64,000 bases of DNA, taken from assembly GCF_009914755.1 (NCBI RefSeq), contig NC_060935.1; one strand, written 5' to 3'. The translations under genes and the position numbers were made by a program. This document shows positions 11,961-24,720 of the stretch, in pieces. Source of the stretch: the human T2T-CHM13v2.0 reference genome, Homo sapiens. The notes under the pieces were generated by a model that had not been told where the DNA came from, searched no databases, and saw only the letters and a list, made by a program, of their open reading frames with translations. Position 1 is the stretch's first letter, and every line of letters begins with the position of its first letter.

Positions 11961-13543
11961 TCTCATTTCTCTAGTGTCTTTTGCCTTTAAAAAAAACTAA
12001 ACAGATAAAACATGGGAATCTCCTTTTTGTAGGTTTATAGAAAGGGTCCCTTTGTTGCACACTCACTTGTAAGAAAATGAGACAAAAAGGTTAAACCCAC
12101 AGCCAAACTAGGACACTCCGTTCCCTGAAACCGTTAAAAAATCAAACAAAAGGACCCCAAATTAAGAATCTAGGAAGCTCAGAAACGAAATCTAGGTTCA
12201 GGAAGACCACACTTGGTGTTACCCGATTGGCACAGACCAGTTTCAGAGAAATACTTTCAGGCACTAAGACTAATCGAATGAACAAAGTCCACAGTTTATT
12301 TTTATACTTTCAGTCAAGTTTGAACTCTGTAAAACCTCATAAATAAGTTATAATTTCTGTTCACTTTGTATTTGTTCAGTATGCAAAGTGTGTCACCCTT
12401 TCTAGCTGAATTCAATTCCCACGTAGACTCTTATTTTATAGGACGAATGCCAAATTGCAGCTTCTGGGGGTAGATCTCAATTTGCAGTATTCAGACTTCT
12501 TTTTCTTTCTTTCACATTCTTTTTTCTTTCTTTCTTTCTGCCAACTTTGTTTTCCAGTGTTTACAAGGTGACAAATGTTTGACTTTGGTTGTGTTTAAAT
12601 GTCCGTGTAAAATAGCTGCCTTTTATTTTTTAAGGTAACAAATACCACCTAGAGGTAGGTAGGATCATCCCACGCTTGCTTTAGCACAGGACAACTTTAC
12701 AAAACATGATTGTTTACAGCTGCTCTTCCCCTCTTTTCTGATCTGCAGTTTTTGCCTGGGTCCCACTCAGGTGAAAATCCATCTCATTCTGGAATGGTTT
12801 TGCTTTTGAATTTTTGGTTATTTTTGTGTTTCTTTGGGGGTTAGACCACTTTCTGATTAGCCGCCACCTGCCTGCATCTGTGAAAAGGGATCTGCTCCCA
12901 GGCGTTCTCACCCTTCTTTTGAAGGACTCCTTAGGCTTTGTTGAATGAAGCAGAGAAGATTGTATAGTTGGGGCTGGTCTTGGTGAACACACATTATTAC
13001 CCCACACATCCCCTTTGTGTAGAAAGCCAAATAAAATCTATACATACCATTTCCTTTTGAGCCCAGAATCTAGATTTGAGCGGAAGAGCATGTGTGCTTC
13101 AGGGAATTAGTGTCTTTTTTTGGAAATCTGTTGAAGTAAAGTAACATCGGCCTTCTGTTCACTTAGGCAGCATTTATAGAAACAAAAGAAGAAAGAAACA
13201 ACCTACTGTCTGGAGTCATAACACAACTTTCCTGGATTGGAAACCAAGTGGGGGAAAAAATACAGAAACTTTAAGGGGGATGGGAGGGGGGGGAGAAGGG
13301 AAAAGCCAGCCCTTTGTATAGAAATTTTGCTTTTTTTTCCCTCATTCTACTTTAGAACTGCAAGCTTGTGCACTGTGGATGCGTGAATATTTTAGTGTGA
13401 AACGTGTTTTTGTCATAGTATTGAAATAAAACTTCAACATAGTTTGGTTGTGGAAGGTATAGCAGATAGTTCAGAAAAAATATTCAGGAAACAAAAATCA
13501 CTCAAACGGAATCGAAGCCTTTTAACAAAGAAAATGAAATACA

Positions 13544-13571
13544 GATGATGATGATGATGATGAAGATGATG
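13544..13571 (+). repeat. (GAT)n trinucleotide repeat in NCAM1 3' UTR
   Basis: gatgatgatgatgatgatgaagatgatg. Confidence 0.9.
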
Positions 13572-14295
13572 CTAAGTAAACAGAAATCAGTACTCCGCAT
13601 GCGCTCCTCTCCTAAGGTACAAAGCAGCAAGAGGTTAGGGTGGCAAGGCTGCCTCTGGGTCCATTCTGTGGGCCACTCTCCCCAACGTTCTGACACTTCT
13701 GCAGTCTGATCAGTGGCGATGCTAGATTATAATTTCAAACTGTGAAGAATAATGGTCTTGTCATTTGCTCAATGTGGGGTTATGTTGCATTTTCTCAGCT
13801 CCTGGGGATGGAAATGGAGGATCCCAGAACACACAGCCCTGGCCCCTTTGATTCTAGGGCCTGCACAGATCTCTGGTTCAAATGCACAGGCCCTCAGAAT
13901 AGAGGAACATGAAGAGAGATCTTAGAGCACACAGTAGAATGTGAGAGCCTGGGTGTCTGAGACCGGGAGGGCCCAGCAGTGAGGGGCAGGCTCTTCTGGT
14001 CACCAGGCTGTTCAGTGGACTCAGTTCTTCATCTTGTAATGTCGATGGCTTTGCCACACCAGGCCAAGCCCATGCCATACCTTGTCAAGACTGTCAAAGT
14101 GGTTGTGGTTAGGTCAAACTGGTTTTGGTTCTGATGGTTAGGAAGAAACAGGTCAGCCCTCAGATCACCTGGCCCGGGACAGCTGACCCCCTAGAACCCT
14201 GGCTCTGCCATTAGCTAGGACCTAAGACTCTGCCCACATTTTGGTCTGTTCTCTCCCATTACACATAGGTTTGTCTCAGCATGCAAGAGTTTTTC

Positions 14296-14300
<5 letters not shown>

Positions 14301-14330
<30 letters not shown>
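14301..14330 (+). repeat. Genomic poly(A)30 tract in NCAM1 3' UTR
   Basis: 30 consecutive A preceded by TTTT. Confidence 0.95.
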
Positions 14331-14331
<1 letters not shown>

Positions 14332-14865
14332 CAATGCTTTCTCTAAAATCAAAGAGGGAGTCATTTTATTCCAAGATGTTTTATCTTTTATGTTAAGAGA
14401 TCAAAGCTTATAATTTTCTTTTTTAATTTTTGAAGGAGGGATCAACTCCAGTTTCCAATGTCTATGTGTCTATGTGTGTATGTGCCATACATATGTATTC
14501 ACATGAAGACCGGCATGGCCAAGTTCTGCTGGAGGAGCACTCAAGTGTGACGAGCAGGGCCACTGGACCCTGCAGGGCTGTGGTGTATATAGTGCAGCTT
14601 TGGAGGTGGAACTCTATTTTCACACTTTTCTATGGAGCCTTCCGAGTCCCAGGTTTTCACTTGAGGCTGTCTGTCTGGATGGCGGTTTTCAGACCTCCAT
14701 TAACATCCCTACCCAGCATTCTGTACTTCGGGGGCCTTCTCTCTTGTTATAAAACTTTTTACCAAGTGAAACATCGATACCACCTTTGTTTCCATTCTCA
14801 CTGGTGTAAATACTGAGTACTAACTGAGAATTTTGACTTTGCATTCTGTCGGAATACTTGTGTTC

Positions 14866-14950
14866 AATAAAAATTGAAAGAAAAAAGCTATTATGATCAT
14901 ACTGGGGTTTATTTCAATGCGGTGAGAGTCTGTTATGTGCATCAAATGTG
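14866..14950 (+). terminator. NCAM1: Distal NCAM1 poly(A) site
   Basis: AATAAA 14866-14871, upstream TGTA (14805), downstream GGGGTTTATTT and TCTGTTATGTG. Confidence 0.75.
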
Positions 14951-16413
14951 GACATGCGTGTGGTAGTTCCTTTAGGACCTTGTGTGCGAGGAAGGTTAGC
15001 GAAGTCTCAGTGTCTTGAGTTCATGTGTTGCCTGAATGATGCTTTCTGTATTTTTTCTCACAGGCTGATAGATGAGAGTCCTAATTTAGAAGGGGCAGAC
15101 GTCAGATTCAGAAAGGTTTCCTTCGAACTCTGGTTCTGCCGCTCCCCGGTTGACCTTGAAAGAGTTGCTTAATCTCCCCAAGATTCAGTTTCCTTTTCTG
15201 ACATACAGGAAATACCAAGAAAAGAGAGTTAGGGTGCTGGTTGATGAATGAAACAATGTACATGAAGGCCTAGTGTCTTCTTTCTTGGCACACAGTGGGA
15301 ACTCAATCAGCGGGAGTTGGCGCTGTTGGCATCCTGGGTGTGCGATACCATCAGACCTAATCGTAGTAACAGTCAACACCTGAGCTTCAAGATTTCAGCA
15401 ATAAGGTAATGACATGGAGCTTATTCTAAAATAAGTAATGCCTCCTTCTTACTGCTTTGGCCTATCTCTCAGCATTTAGAGCCGTCATTCAGCCCCTGGA
15501 GTTTATTATGTCTCTAAGCTAGACAGAGTGAATAAAACTTTGCCTCAGCTAAGCATTCTCTTGTATATGCTGCTCTCTGGCTGTGTCTGAAAGAAGCAGC
15601 TGCTAGAGTTGGAGATGTCCATTAGGCTGTGGAATTGGGAGTTCCTGGAAGAGACCTGCTGTAGAATCAAGGCTAAGGTAAAGCAAGGGAGAATCCCAGG
15701 GCACAAAATGTAAGGAGGTGCCCACTCTCGGGGCTGACCCTGCACTTACATGAATCTGAGAGTGATACGCCCTTCAAGTTTGCATCCTTCAATTTTACCT
15801 CGCTTGCCTGTAATAATAACACAGAGCCACATGCATCTATGTGATTTTATTTGCCCCAGATTTCAGCTGCATATGACAGGCTAAGACTAAAACACATTGT
15901 TTACAAGATTTGGAGAAAACATAAAATGATGACACTCACTCTCCGTTGGTCCATGAGGGCTTGCTTCCAGAGCCTTCCCCCTTCGGGCTAGTTTCCTCTC
16001 AGATTCATTCAGTATTCATAGAGCATCTCCAAGGTTCTTGGGATACTGGGATACGGCAGTGAGCAAGGCAACTCTTTCTCATGTAGGTTACATTCAAGCC
16101 TGGGAGTGGGGCAGACAATAGACATGTAAACATCCAGTGTGCTGTGGCGGTTCTCCCTTCCTTCCTTCCAGACACATTGTGGGATTCCCCTCATTTAAAG
16201 GTAGCGTGGCCAGATGACTTGCTTCAGTAAATGGAATATGAACAGAAGTAGCATGTGTCACCTCCAGGCAGAGCCTTTGTCATGCCCCTTTCCCCCACAC
16301 CCCCTGCAGCAATCAGCAATGCTTCAGGTGGTGGAAGTGCCATCACCTGGGCTCAGAGTAAGGGATGTGAACAGGTGCTCCATGATGGACATGGAGTGTG
16401 TGAGAGGGATGAG

Positions 16414-17370
16414 CCAATAGTTGTTAGTAAATGTTTAATGGCCAACTCTCCAAAGGAGAAGGGCAACATGTGTGTGTGCACACATGTATGTGTTTCACTT
16501 ATAAAGGATGCCATTGACAAATAATAAAATATACAGTATTCTACATTGAAATCGCATCTATCCAACTGATACCCACAGAATGCTTTGGTTCATTTTTTGC
16601 TGAAGTATTGTATCCATAATCAGTTTATGGTTCCCATTTACAAAGGACTGTAATTCCAACCTGCATGTTGGCTGATATGTTCATTTATGTTAACAAATAA
16701 GATAAAACAATAAAGACATATGTTAGAACTTCACTCATCCATCTATGGTGTGAGTGACTTCTTTGTTGAATTGGGGATAAGTTTTTGAATACTAGAGAAA
16801 TACTGCCTCAATTTTTTGTGCCATTCATTCACAGTGTAACAGCTGCAGACATGGCACACTTGTAAGTTTAATCTGCATCATAAAATATTTCCCCATTACT
16901 TTCATAAATCTAGACAAGCACTAAAAAAAATAAATCAAACCTTGATTTGTAGCATTTACTGACTTCAGCAGTGTGTAAATACTCTCAGTATGGCTGATTT
17001 CAATATGGCATCACCAGACGAGGAGTTAGGTAGAGATGCATAGTAGCATGTCATTATATAATACTGTATTTCCACCAGGCAGCTACAAGAGAAATAACAT
17101 CAAGTGCATAGGTAATAGTAGTATGTAGTAATAATAAAATTTTTAACATATTAATAACAGTAGTAAAATAAGTAGTAATATAATTAAGAAGGGATGCATT
17201 TTGAGTATTTATTGCCTTTGGTTTTAATATAATTTAGTTAATTATAACTTTATGTAATTTAACTTTTTATAAATTATATATGTTTGCATAACACCTGGCT
17301 CACAAATTTCCTGAAAAGTTAGCAATTGGCTCTCTGGAGCCAGTACAAGCTGGTTCTAGCATATCACTGG
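16414..17370. mobile_element. MER63-like hAT-Blackjack DNA transposon
   Basis: Ends gtaaatgtttaatggccaactctcc and ggctctctggagccagtacaagctggttctagcatatcactgg resemble MER63 termini. Confidence 0.6.
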
Positions 17371-17499
17371 AAAACCCTTTATATTACAAACCATTTAAAT
17401 TTGGGATTTGTAACCTTACCATTATGTAGCCTATCATGGCTAACTCAGGGAATGGTAAGTGCAGAGCGGAACAATGCATCTAGGTAAAGGGGTTATGGA

Positions 17500-18400
17500 G
17501 TATTATTTTATACAGGGCAGTCAGAGTAGTACTCTCTGAAAAGGTGACATTTGAGCAGTGACCTGAAAGAAGTAAGGAACTGAACTGTGCAAATATCTGA
17601 AGGAAGATATTTCAGGCAGAGAGAACAACATGTGCAAAAGTCCTGAGGTAGGGACTTGGCTAGCATCTTTGAAGAAGAGCAAGAGGCCAGTGTGGCTGGA
17701 ACAGAAAGCAAATGATGGGGTGGGGCAGAGAGTAAAGAGATAGGAAATGACTCAGAAGTATCTATGAGCTAGATTGCACAGGATCTGTAGACTGTTGTTA
17801 GAATTTTGCCTTTTCTTCAAGTGGGATGGAAAGCCAAGGGATGTTTTTGCCAGAAGCCTGACATGACTTGAGTATTAAAATGAGCACTCTGGCTGCTGGG
17901 TGGATAACAGATCACAGGAGGGCAAGAGCAAATGTAAGGATACCAGTGAGGAGGCGATGATCCAGAGGGGACAGGATGATGTGCTTGCAGCAAGCTGCGG
18001 CTGGTGGAAGGCTGAGCAGTGGCCAGCTCTGGACATGTACTAAAGGTAAAGCCAGCAAGATTGGATAATAGATTGGATGTGTGGTTTGAGAGAGGAATCA
18101 CTGATGACTTTCAGATTTTGAATCTACACATTTGAAAGGATGGAGTTGCCATTTACTTTGGAAAAGGAGTGCAGGAGAAGCAGATTATTTGGACGATGGA
18201 ACATTAGTCTCAGGATACTTGAAGTCTGGGATGCCTGTGAACACCTGAGCAGAGATTTTGCGTAGGCTAAAGTTTGAGAGGTCCAGACTGGAGATTCACG
18301 TAGGAGCTGTCCACATAGTGCTTGTACTTCAAACTCTGGGACTTGGTGATCTCCAAGTATATATATTAAAGAGAGAAAAGAACTAAGCAGGGGACCTGGG
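17500..18400. mobile_element. L2 LINE remnant (approximate)
   Basis: ggtgacatttgagcag...tgtgcaaaagtcctgagg...gattggatgtgtgg...gatggagttgccattta. Confidence 0.65.
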
Positions 18401-21400
18401 AAGGAAAATGCACAGGCAGCTCCGTCTCAAGGAGAATTGTCAGAAATTCCTACTACACCATTTGCAGCCTCACCTTGGAGGACAAGGTCAGGAGAGGCAG
18501 TGACTTGGTATCTCCTTTCCAGGGTGGCCTCCTCTTCCCAATCCCTTAAGAGAACTTGTGTCTACCTGTCCTGTTGCCTGGAAGGCATGGGTATACTCTG
18601 GAGTCTAGAAAATAAATTTGTCTTGTAGCTAGAAAAAGATTTCCTGGGATCCTTGTTGCCCTGGGTGTTTCCATGATCACCGCGACTCTGTCGAGTGTCC
18701 CCCATTGCTTTCCAGACCCTCATACCCCCTTCATCTGATTTAACCCTGGTGCTACTGGGGCAGACAGAGTAGGGTGCCTCTGAGTGTTGGGGTGGAGAGT
18801 CACGCTAACATTACCAGTGAAAGCAAGACACCTACGCATCCCTCCAGGTGAAGGTCTCATATAAGCTGAGCTTGGATGGTAGAAGCTAGATGAAGGGAGG
18901 CTGCATTAGATTGTACCTGATGGCCTCCAATCCACTGCCCTCACTCTGGACAGAATGACCTGTGCAGAATGGGCATCTCATCCCATCTCTGGCTGCCCCC
19001 ATTAAGATCTTCAATGGCTTCTAAAGACCCTCAGGAGAGAATGCAAGCTTTTTATCAAGACTAACACAACCCATCTTGGTCAGGTCTTGCTTACTCCTCC
19101 AGCCCCAGTTCTAGCACTCCTAAAACTTCTACATATGCTCCAGCCCTGCTGAACTACTTGTGGGTACTAAAATGATCCACATTCTCTCCCACCTCCCTGA
19201 GCTTACGCGAATTATGTTTCATTTTGCTTCCATGCCTGGAATTGTTAAACATGTTTGGCTATATTTTAAAGATGAACACCATTTACAGTAGCTTTAATGG
19301 CATTCTCTAAGCAGAGCTCAGTTGCCTGGGTCCAGGCTAGATCATGGTAAAGGAAGCACAGGCATTTCCTCTGACCAGAGACCCAGGGAGGGATGGGGCC
19401 TCTCATGTTCCTGACACATTTTCGTGGAGCTATATGTGCTGTCATCTCAGAGGGTAAGTCAGGGGTTGCTGGCTGAGCACTGGAACTCTTGGGAATGGGG
19501 TCACATGGTCTTGAGAGGAGCAGGATGATGGTCGTGGGATGTGGGACCAGTAGTGGTGGCAGCAGAGATTCTTAGGGAGACAAGGCTAGAGCTTGGCATG
19601 CTATTCAGGAAAATGTTCTCCCAGGCAGGGCAACACATGTCCAGTACTTTGCATGATGCTGTTGATTCACTGAATATTCCTGGAAGCTTGTAGAAGCTCC
19701 GTGGAGTGTGGCAGCATGCACCTCTGTGCTAGGCAATCACCATGGAGTAGCTTCTATGCAGAACTAAGCATTAGGGTTTATTTATTTTTGCCATCTCCCT
19801 ACCAATATGACTTGTTCTCAAATAATGCTAAGGAAAGAACGGTAGGGTGAGAACATGGCTGCTTTCCCTATTAGATGTGGTCATGTAATAAAAGATTCTG
19901 AGGGATGGAAAACTGGTAGAGGTACATCCAGGCAGAGAAAGCTCAGTTCCATTCCTCTCCTCCCTCCTAAATTATTCTGCCAGGTTCTGGGATTCCCATA
20001 AGACGATCAACAAACTTCTCTATGCTTTCACCTTCCCTGTCAATGTGTTTGCATCACCTTTCCTTACTTGGTTCTCCTCTTCTCCAGACACTGATTCCTG
20101 GACACTGCTACTTATTCTGCACCCTGAGTGCCCTAGGATCTGGGCACAGGGGCTGTGTCTTACTTGCCCCTTATTGTCACCTCCAGACTATCATTCCCTC
20201 ACTTTGTTGTCAGGCCGATGTTCCACCAAGGATCATGCCATTGAGTCCCCTAGGCTGCCAATGCCAAGTGCAGAATCCTGAATATGCACTTACTCGTGAA
20301 GACTTTAATCTTTAGCCCATGATCCTCCTCTCTCCTGAAGGTCCACCATCATCCTCAGTGACTTCAGTACATTATATGGGCAATTCCTCCAACACAAAGG
20401 CCCCTCAGTTTGACCTCCTCATCTCCAATGACCTTCCTCTTCACTCCACGTAAGCCACTTTTGCTCTTGGTCAAACTCTGGGCTGATCATGCCATTCACC
20501 TAAGTCAGAGTCCAGAGTCCAGATTCCCCACTCTCCAACACTCCCTTGGATCCATCTAGCTCACTCACCCAACTAGTTTCATACATCAGTTCTTTGTCAT
20601 TGCCTAGTTATTGACTCCTAGATTTTCCTCTATTTGCCACATCCTCCCTTCACCTCCATCCATATCCAGCCTCAATTCCCAGGTCTAGCATGGCAGCCAC
20701 ACAGTCAATGATATCAGAAACTTCCTTGCCTTGATGCTCTCACATTGCCTCTGTCTTGTAGAACTCTAGCCCTGGAAAATCTCCTGGCTGCCACCTCTTT
20801 AGTTACACCTGGTCAGCTGGATGCTATTTGAGAAAAACCACATGACCAGGCTCATTATTAGCAATATTGAAGGTCACTCTCAACAAGGTCCTCAGCACTG
20901 CCTGGCAGTCCTACTGACATTTGTCAGCAACTCATTCAGTTCTCCTCTACAAAAATGTCTTCACTTTTCCAAACCAATTCATTCCTCCACCACCTCTTTC
21001 ATCTCAGCTACCAGTCTTGCTTCCTTCCTGTAAAAGAAAAGAGGAGCCATCAGAAAGGAACGACCTCCATTCCCAACACCAAATCTACACACCTACCTGC
21101 GTTCAGGTCGCCCCTTCCTCCTCTGCCCCTGTTATAACAGAAGAAGTATCTCTCCCTTTCTACAGCAATCCCTTTCCCTGGGCCCTGGCCTTTGTGTTCT
21201 ACTTCAATGGGGTCTTTCTCATCCATTCAATATCCCTTCCAATGTTTATTGAGCACCTGCCAAGGCCAAAGCTGTTCTAGGTGCTGAGGAAAGAAAGATC
21301 ACCCTCATAGATCCTACGTTCTAAATAACTATATACAATAAGCCAATGATGACAAGTGCTGCAAAGAGACAGGCACATATGAGGCAAAGAGGTAACTCAT

Positions 21401-23879
21401 GAGGAGGAGCTGCCATTTTACATGGGACAATTAGGGAAGACTTCTCTGAGGAGGTGGCATTTAAGCCAAGACCTAAGATCATGAGGGAGCTTGTGTTCCA
21501 AGTACTTAGAGACCTTCTCTGCTGGCTACTTCTCTTCAAACGTGTGGTAGGTAAGACTCTCAATAAATATGAAGTGCATGCTTTTTCTACTATTGAACTT
21601 AACTTCTCCTTCAATCTGTCATTCTATGCAGTGGTAGAAATTTAATCTCCATCAAATTAGGGTCTATCTCATCCTCAACCCTCTTAATGTTGCCGATGAG
21701 ATGCCTTAATGACCTCTCCAAGCCCATCTCACACTATTCTCTCTTCACATGCTACATGCCATATATAGTGAAATGATGGTATTTTCTTGGCTATGCCATG
21801 TGCTTTCTCATCTCTGTGTTTCCACAGGTGCAAACACTTCTTGTTTTCTCTGGAAGTCTCTCTAGCACCCGCCAATGCCTGCAACGAATCCTTGACTTTT
21901 ACTCCATCGTTAGGTCTTAGTTCAGATATCTGAGTTCAAAGGCTCAGGTATGCCTTTCCTGACACCTGATCCAGCTTGCATTCTGCTGTTTTATGTTCTG
22001 TTGAGGGCCAATTATACAGCTGGCCCGTGCTGGTTTGGTCATATCAGGTTATTAAAATATTGCAATGCTTCTTTGCTGTTAAAAGTAGCTGCTGTCACCC
22101 CAGCCCCTCACAAAGGAATTTGTAGGTGGCTCTACCTGGCCCAGAGAGGATCTCCAGGGCTTTGCTCCAACACTATGGCTGGTGTTCACAGAATAGAGTC
22201 TGTAAATATTTTTAACATATCCTAAGACCTCATGCTTTGTTTAGTCTCTGATTTGTTTCTCTTTCTCACTGATCTCTGAACTCCTCCAGGGCAAGTTCTG
22301 TGTCTGTCTTCATTACTACTTTATCCCGGCACCACATACAGCACCTGCTACAAAGCCAGAACTTGATATTTGTCAGTCTCATGAATGACAGAGTGAATGA
22401 GTGCATGAGTGAAATGATTACACGTGCATACCAGCCATGGTTACCTGCCCATGTTCATCTGTGTGTGCGCAAACAGGGCCTACAGCTGGCCAAGAAGATG
22501 CCTTTGACAGCCACACAGCAGTGCCCACTGTCCAGTACCCTGGAGGAAGTCCACACCTCTACCCACAAGGCTCACATGTGCCTAGAGAGGTTCTCTGCTC
22601 TGCCTGCCCAGCCCCTGGTCATGGGTCACCACCTCCTCCTTCCTCCAGGCTGGTGGCAATGTCCAGTCAGTGAGCAGCACCTTCACGATGGGGAAGAGCT
22701 GGGAAGACTTGAGTTAGAGGACCTTGAAAGGCAGGATTATTGTTATTGGGTCTACCTGCGTGTCCCAAAGCTGTGGTTATCTGAGGCCCAAGGCTGACCA
22801 TGCAAAGCCTTGGAGCCTCCTTGCTTGGAGTCTCCTCCCTAAGGGGGAAAACCTCTGGGTTGAGAGACTGAGAAAGAGCAAAGAGGAGGCCAAGTGTGAT
22901 CTGGGAAGGGTCTACTGGTCCCCAGGTCTAGGTGTCAGTGACCAGGGAGAGCATTGTGCTGTTTCTCCTTCCTGAAACTGAGCTTCCAACCCCAGCTCAA
23001 AACATGATAACCCACAGGGGTCTGTTTAGAGTGCTTCCCATGGGGATGGTCATACACAGGCTGTTGGAAAGGTGGCTGTGAGCATGAGGAAGTAGGCTTG
23101 GAAGATCGCTCACAGCAACAGGTGTTGGATCTTCCCTAGGGAGCCTCAGTTTGGAGCGCAGGAATCTAGCCCACAAGCCCTGCTGTAGTCCATGTCCTGA
23201 TGCTGAAGGAGGAAAGAAAGCCCGTCCTCTGAGACATGGAGAGGGTCTGTCATGGGCAGACCCAGGCTGGGATGCAGCAGCAACTCTCCTCCCCACCACA
23301 CTTGGCCAAGCTCCTCCATCATCCCCTACATCACCCTTCTGAGTCTCCCGAGGCACTGTTTAAACTGCACATTCATGGACTCCAGCCCCAGAGATCCATA
23401 CCTTGGCTATGGCATGGGACCTGGAAGCCATACCACAAGTGTGATGACTTGGGTCTGGGGCAGGAAGATTCCATTGCATGTGGTCCTTAGACCGCACATA
23501 GAGAAACTGGCAGGTGTGCGGCTGGGGAACATCTCCACCATGAAACGCCTGGCCTGAGGTCCTAGCACCATCCAACTGAGGCTGGGGAAACTCTTTCAGG
23601 AGTTTCTGCGGTTCCATGTAGACAGACAGGAAATGCTGTAGACACAGCCATGTGTCTGGATGTTGGCAAGACAATTCCCAAAACCCAGCACACTTCACCA
23701 CACATGCTGGACGGCAGTTAGCACCCCAAAGGAGCTCAGCTCAGCTGTGTGGGGAAACAGCAGCTGAGATGATGTAATGCCACAGGGACAGATGGAAACT
23801 CCTGCACACTCTCAAAAAATCCAACCACGAAAAGTGCACGCTGAAGACAATGGGGCTCAGCAACAGAGAATATTTGAAA

Positions 23880-24720
23880 TAGAAAAATAAAAGACTGGGG
23901 TCTAAATGGACTATAAACTCAATATGAGAGATGATGCATTGCAGATGGTCAAAAATACTTGTGATACTGAAACTGACAGTTTGATTTATTTATGTGTAAC
24001 ACTTCTATAACACTACGTCTGGCCATGCTTTAAGCACTCCACAAATATTTATTCATTTAGCACTTAGAACAATTCTGAGTAGATACTATTATTAACCCCA
24101 TCTTACAGATGAAGAAACCGTGGCAAGAGAGGTTCGATCATTTGCTGAGAGTCACACAGCTAGGAAGAGGCAGAGACAGGATTAGAACCCAGTCATGAAG
24201 TCTCCATAGGGAGCAATGTATAAGCCAGCACTCTGCCCTGCTGTGGTGTAGCCTCCAGGTCCCATGCTATACCCAAGGAGAAGTGATGGCCAGGGGGCCC
24301 GTCCAGGGCAGAAGCACTGGAGGCTGAAGGAACTCATAGCCATGTCTGATGAGGAGCATGTAGAGGAGTTGAGTATGTTGAGCTTGGGGAAGAAACCGTG
24401 AAAGCAGATGGGAGGGTGGGAGGAAAAACATACACTTTGAACAGCTGTCTTCATGTATACAAAGACTGTTGTTTAGAAAAGAGGGTGGACTTAATATTTA
24501 ATACTCCTGAGGGCTCAAGTAGAACAAACATTGTAGGGAAGTCTGTTTTATACACACGAAAAACAGACCATTCTGTTTCTTGGAGTGGCTCTAAAAGTGG
24601 ACAGTCAGTGCCCTTAAGCAGAGGCCAGGCAGCCGCTCTTCAGGCCTGGGGAGAGGAGACTGAGGCATCAATGCACAGACGACCCTGTTCAGATTCTAGA
24701 TGGCTTTGATAGCAACAGCC
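23880..24720 (+). mobile_element. L3/CR1 LINE remnant interrupted by a MIR (~24000-24200)
   Basis: CR1 3'-like motifs atgaggagca...gagttgagtatgttgagcttggggaaga...agctgtcttca...tccTGAGGGC; MIR core cccatcttacagatgaagaaac. Confidence 0.55.

Larger units (their letters stand above)
11838..14890 (+). other. NCAM1: NCAM1 (140/180) 3' UTR, ~3 kb
   Basis: Follows the stop codon; AU-rich, with AATAAA at 11866, 13030, 13425 and 14866. Confidence 0.85.
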
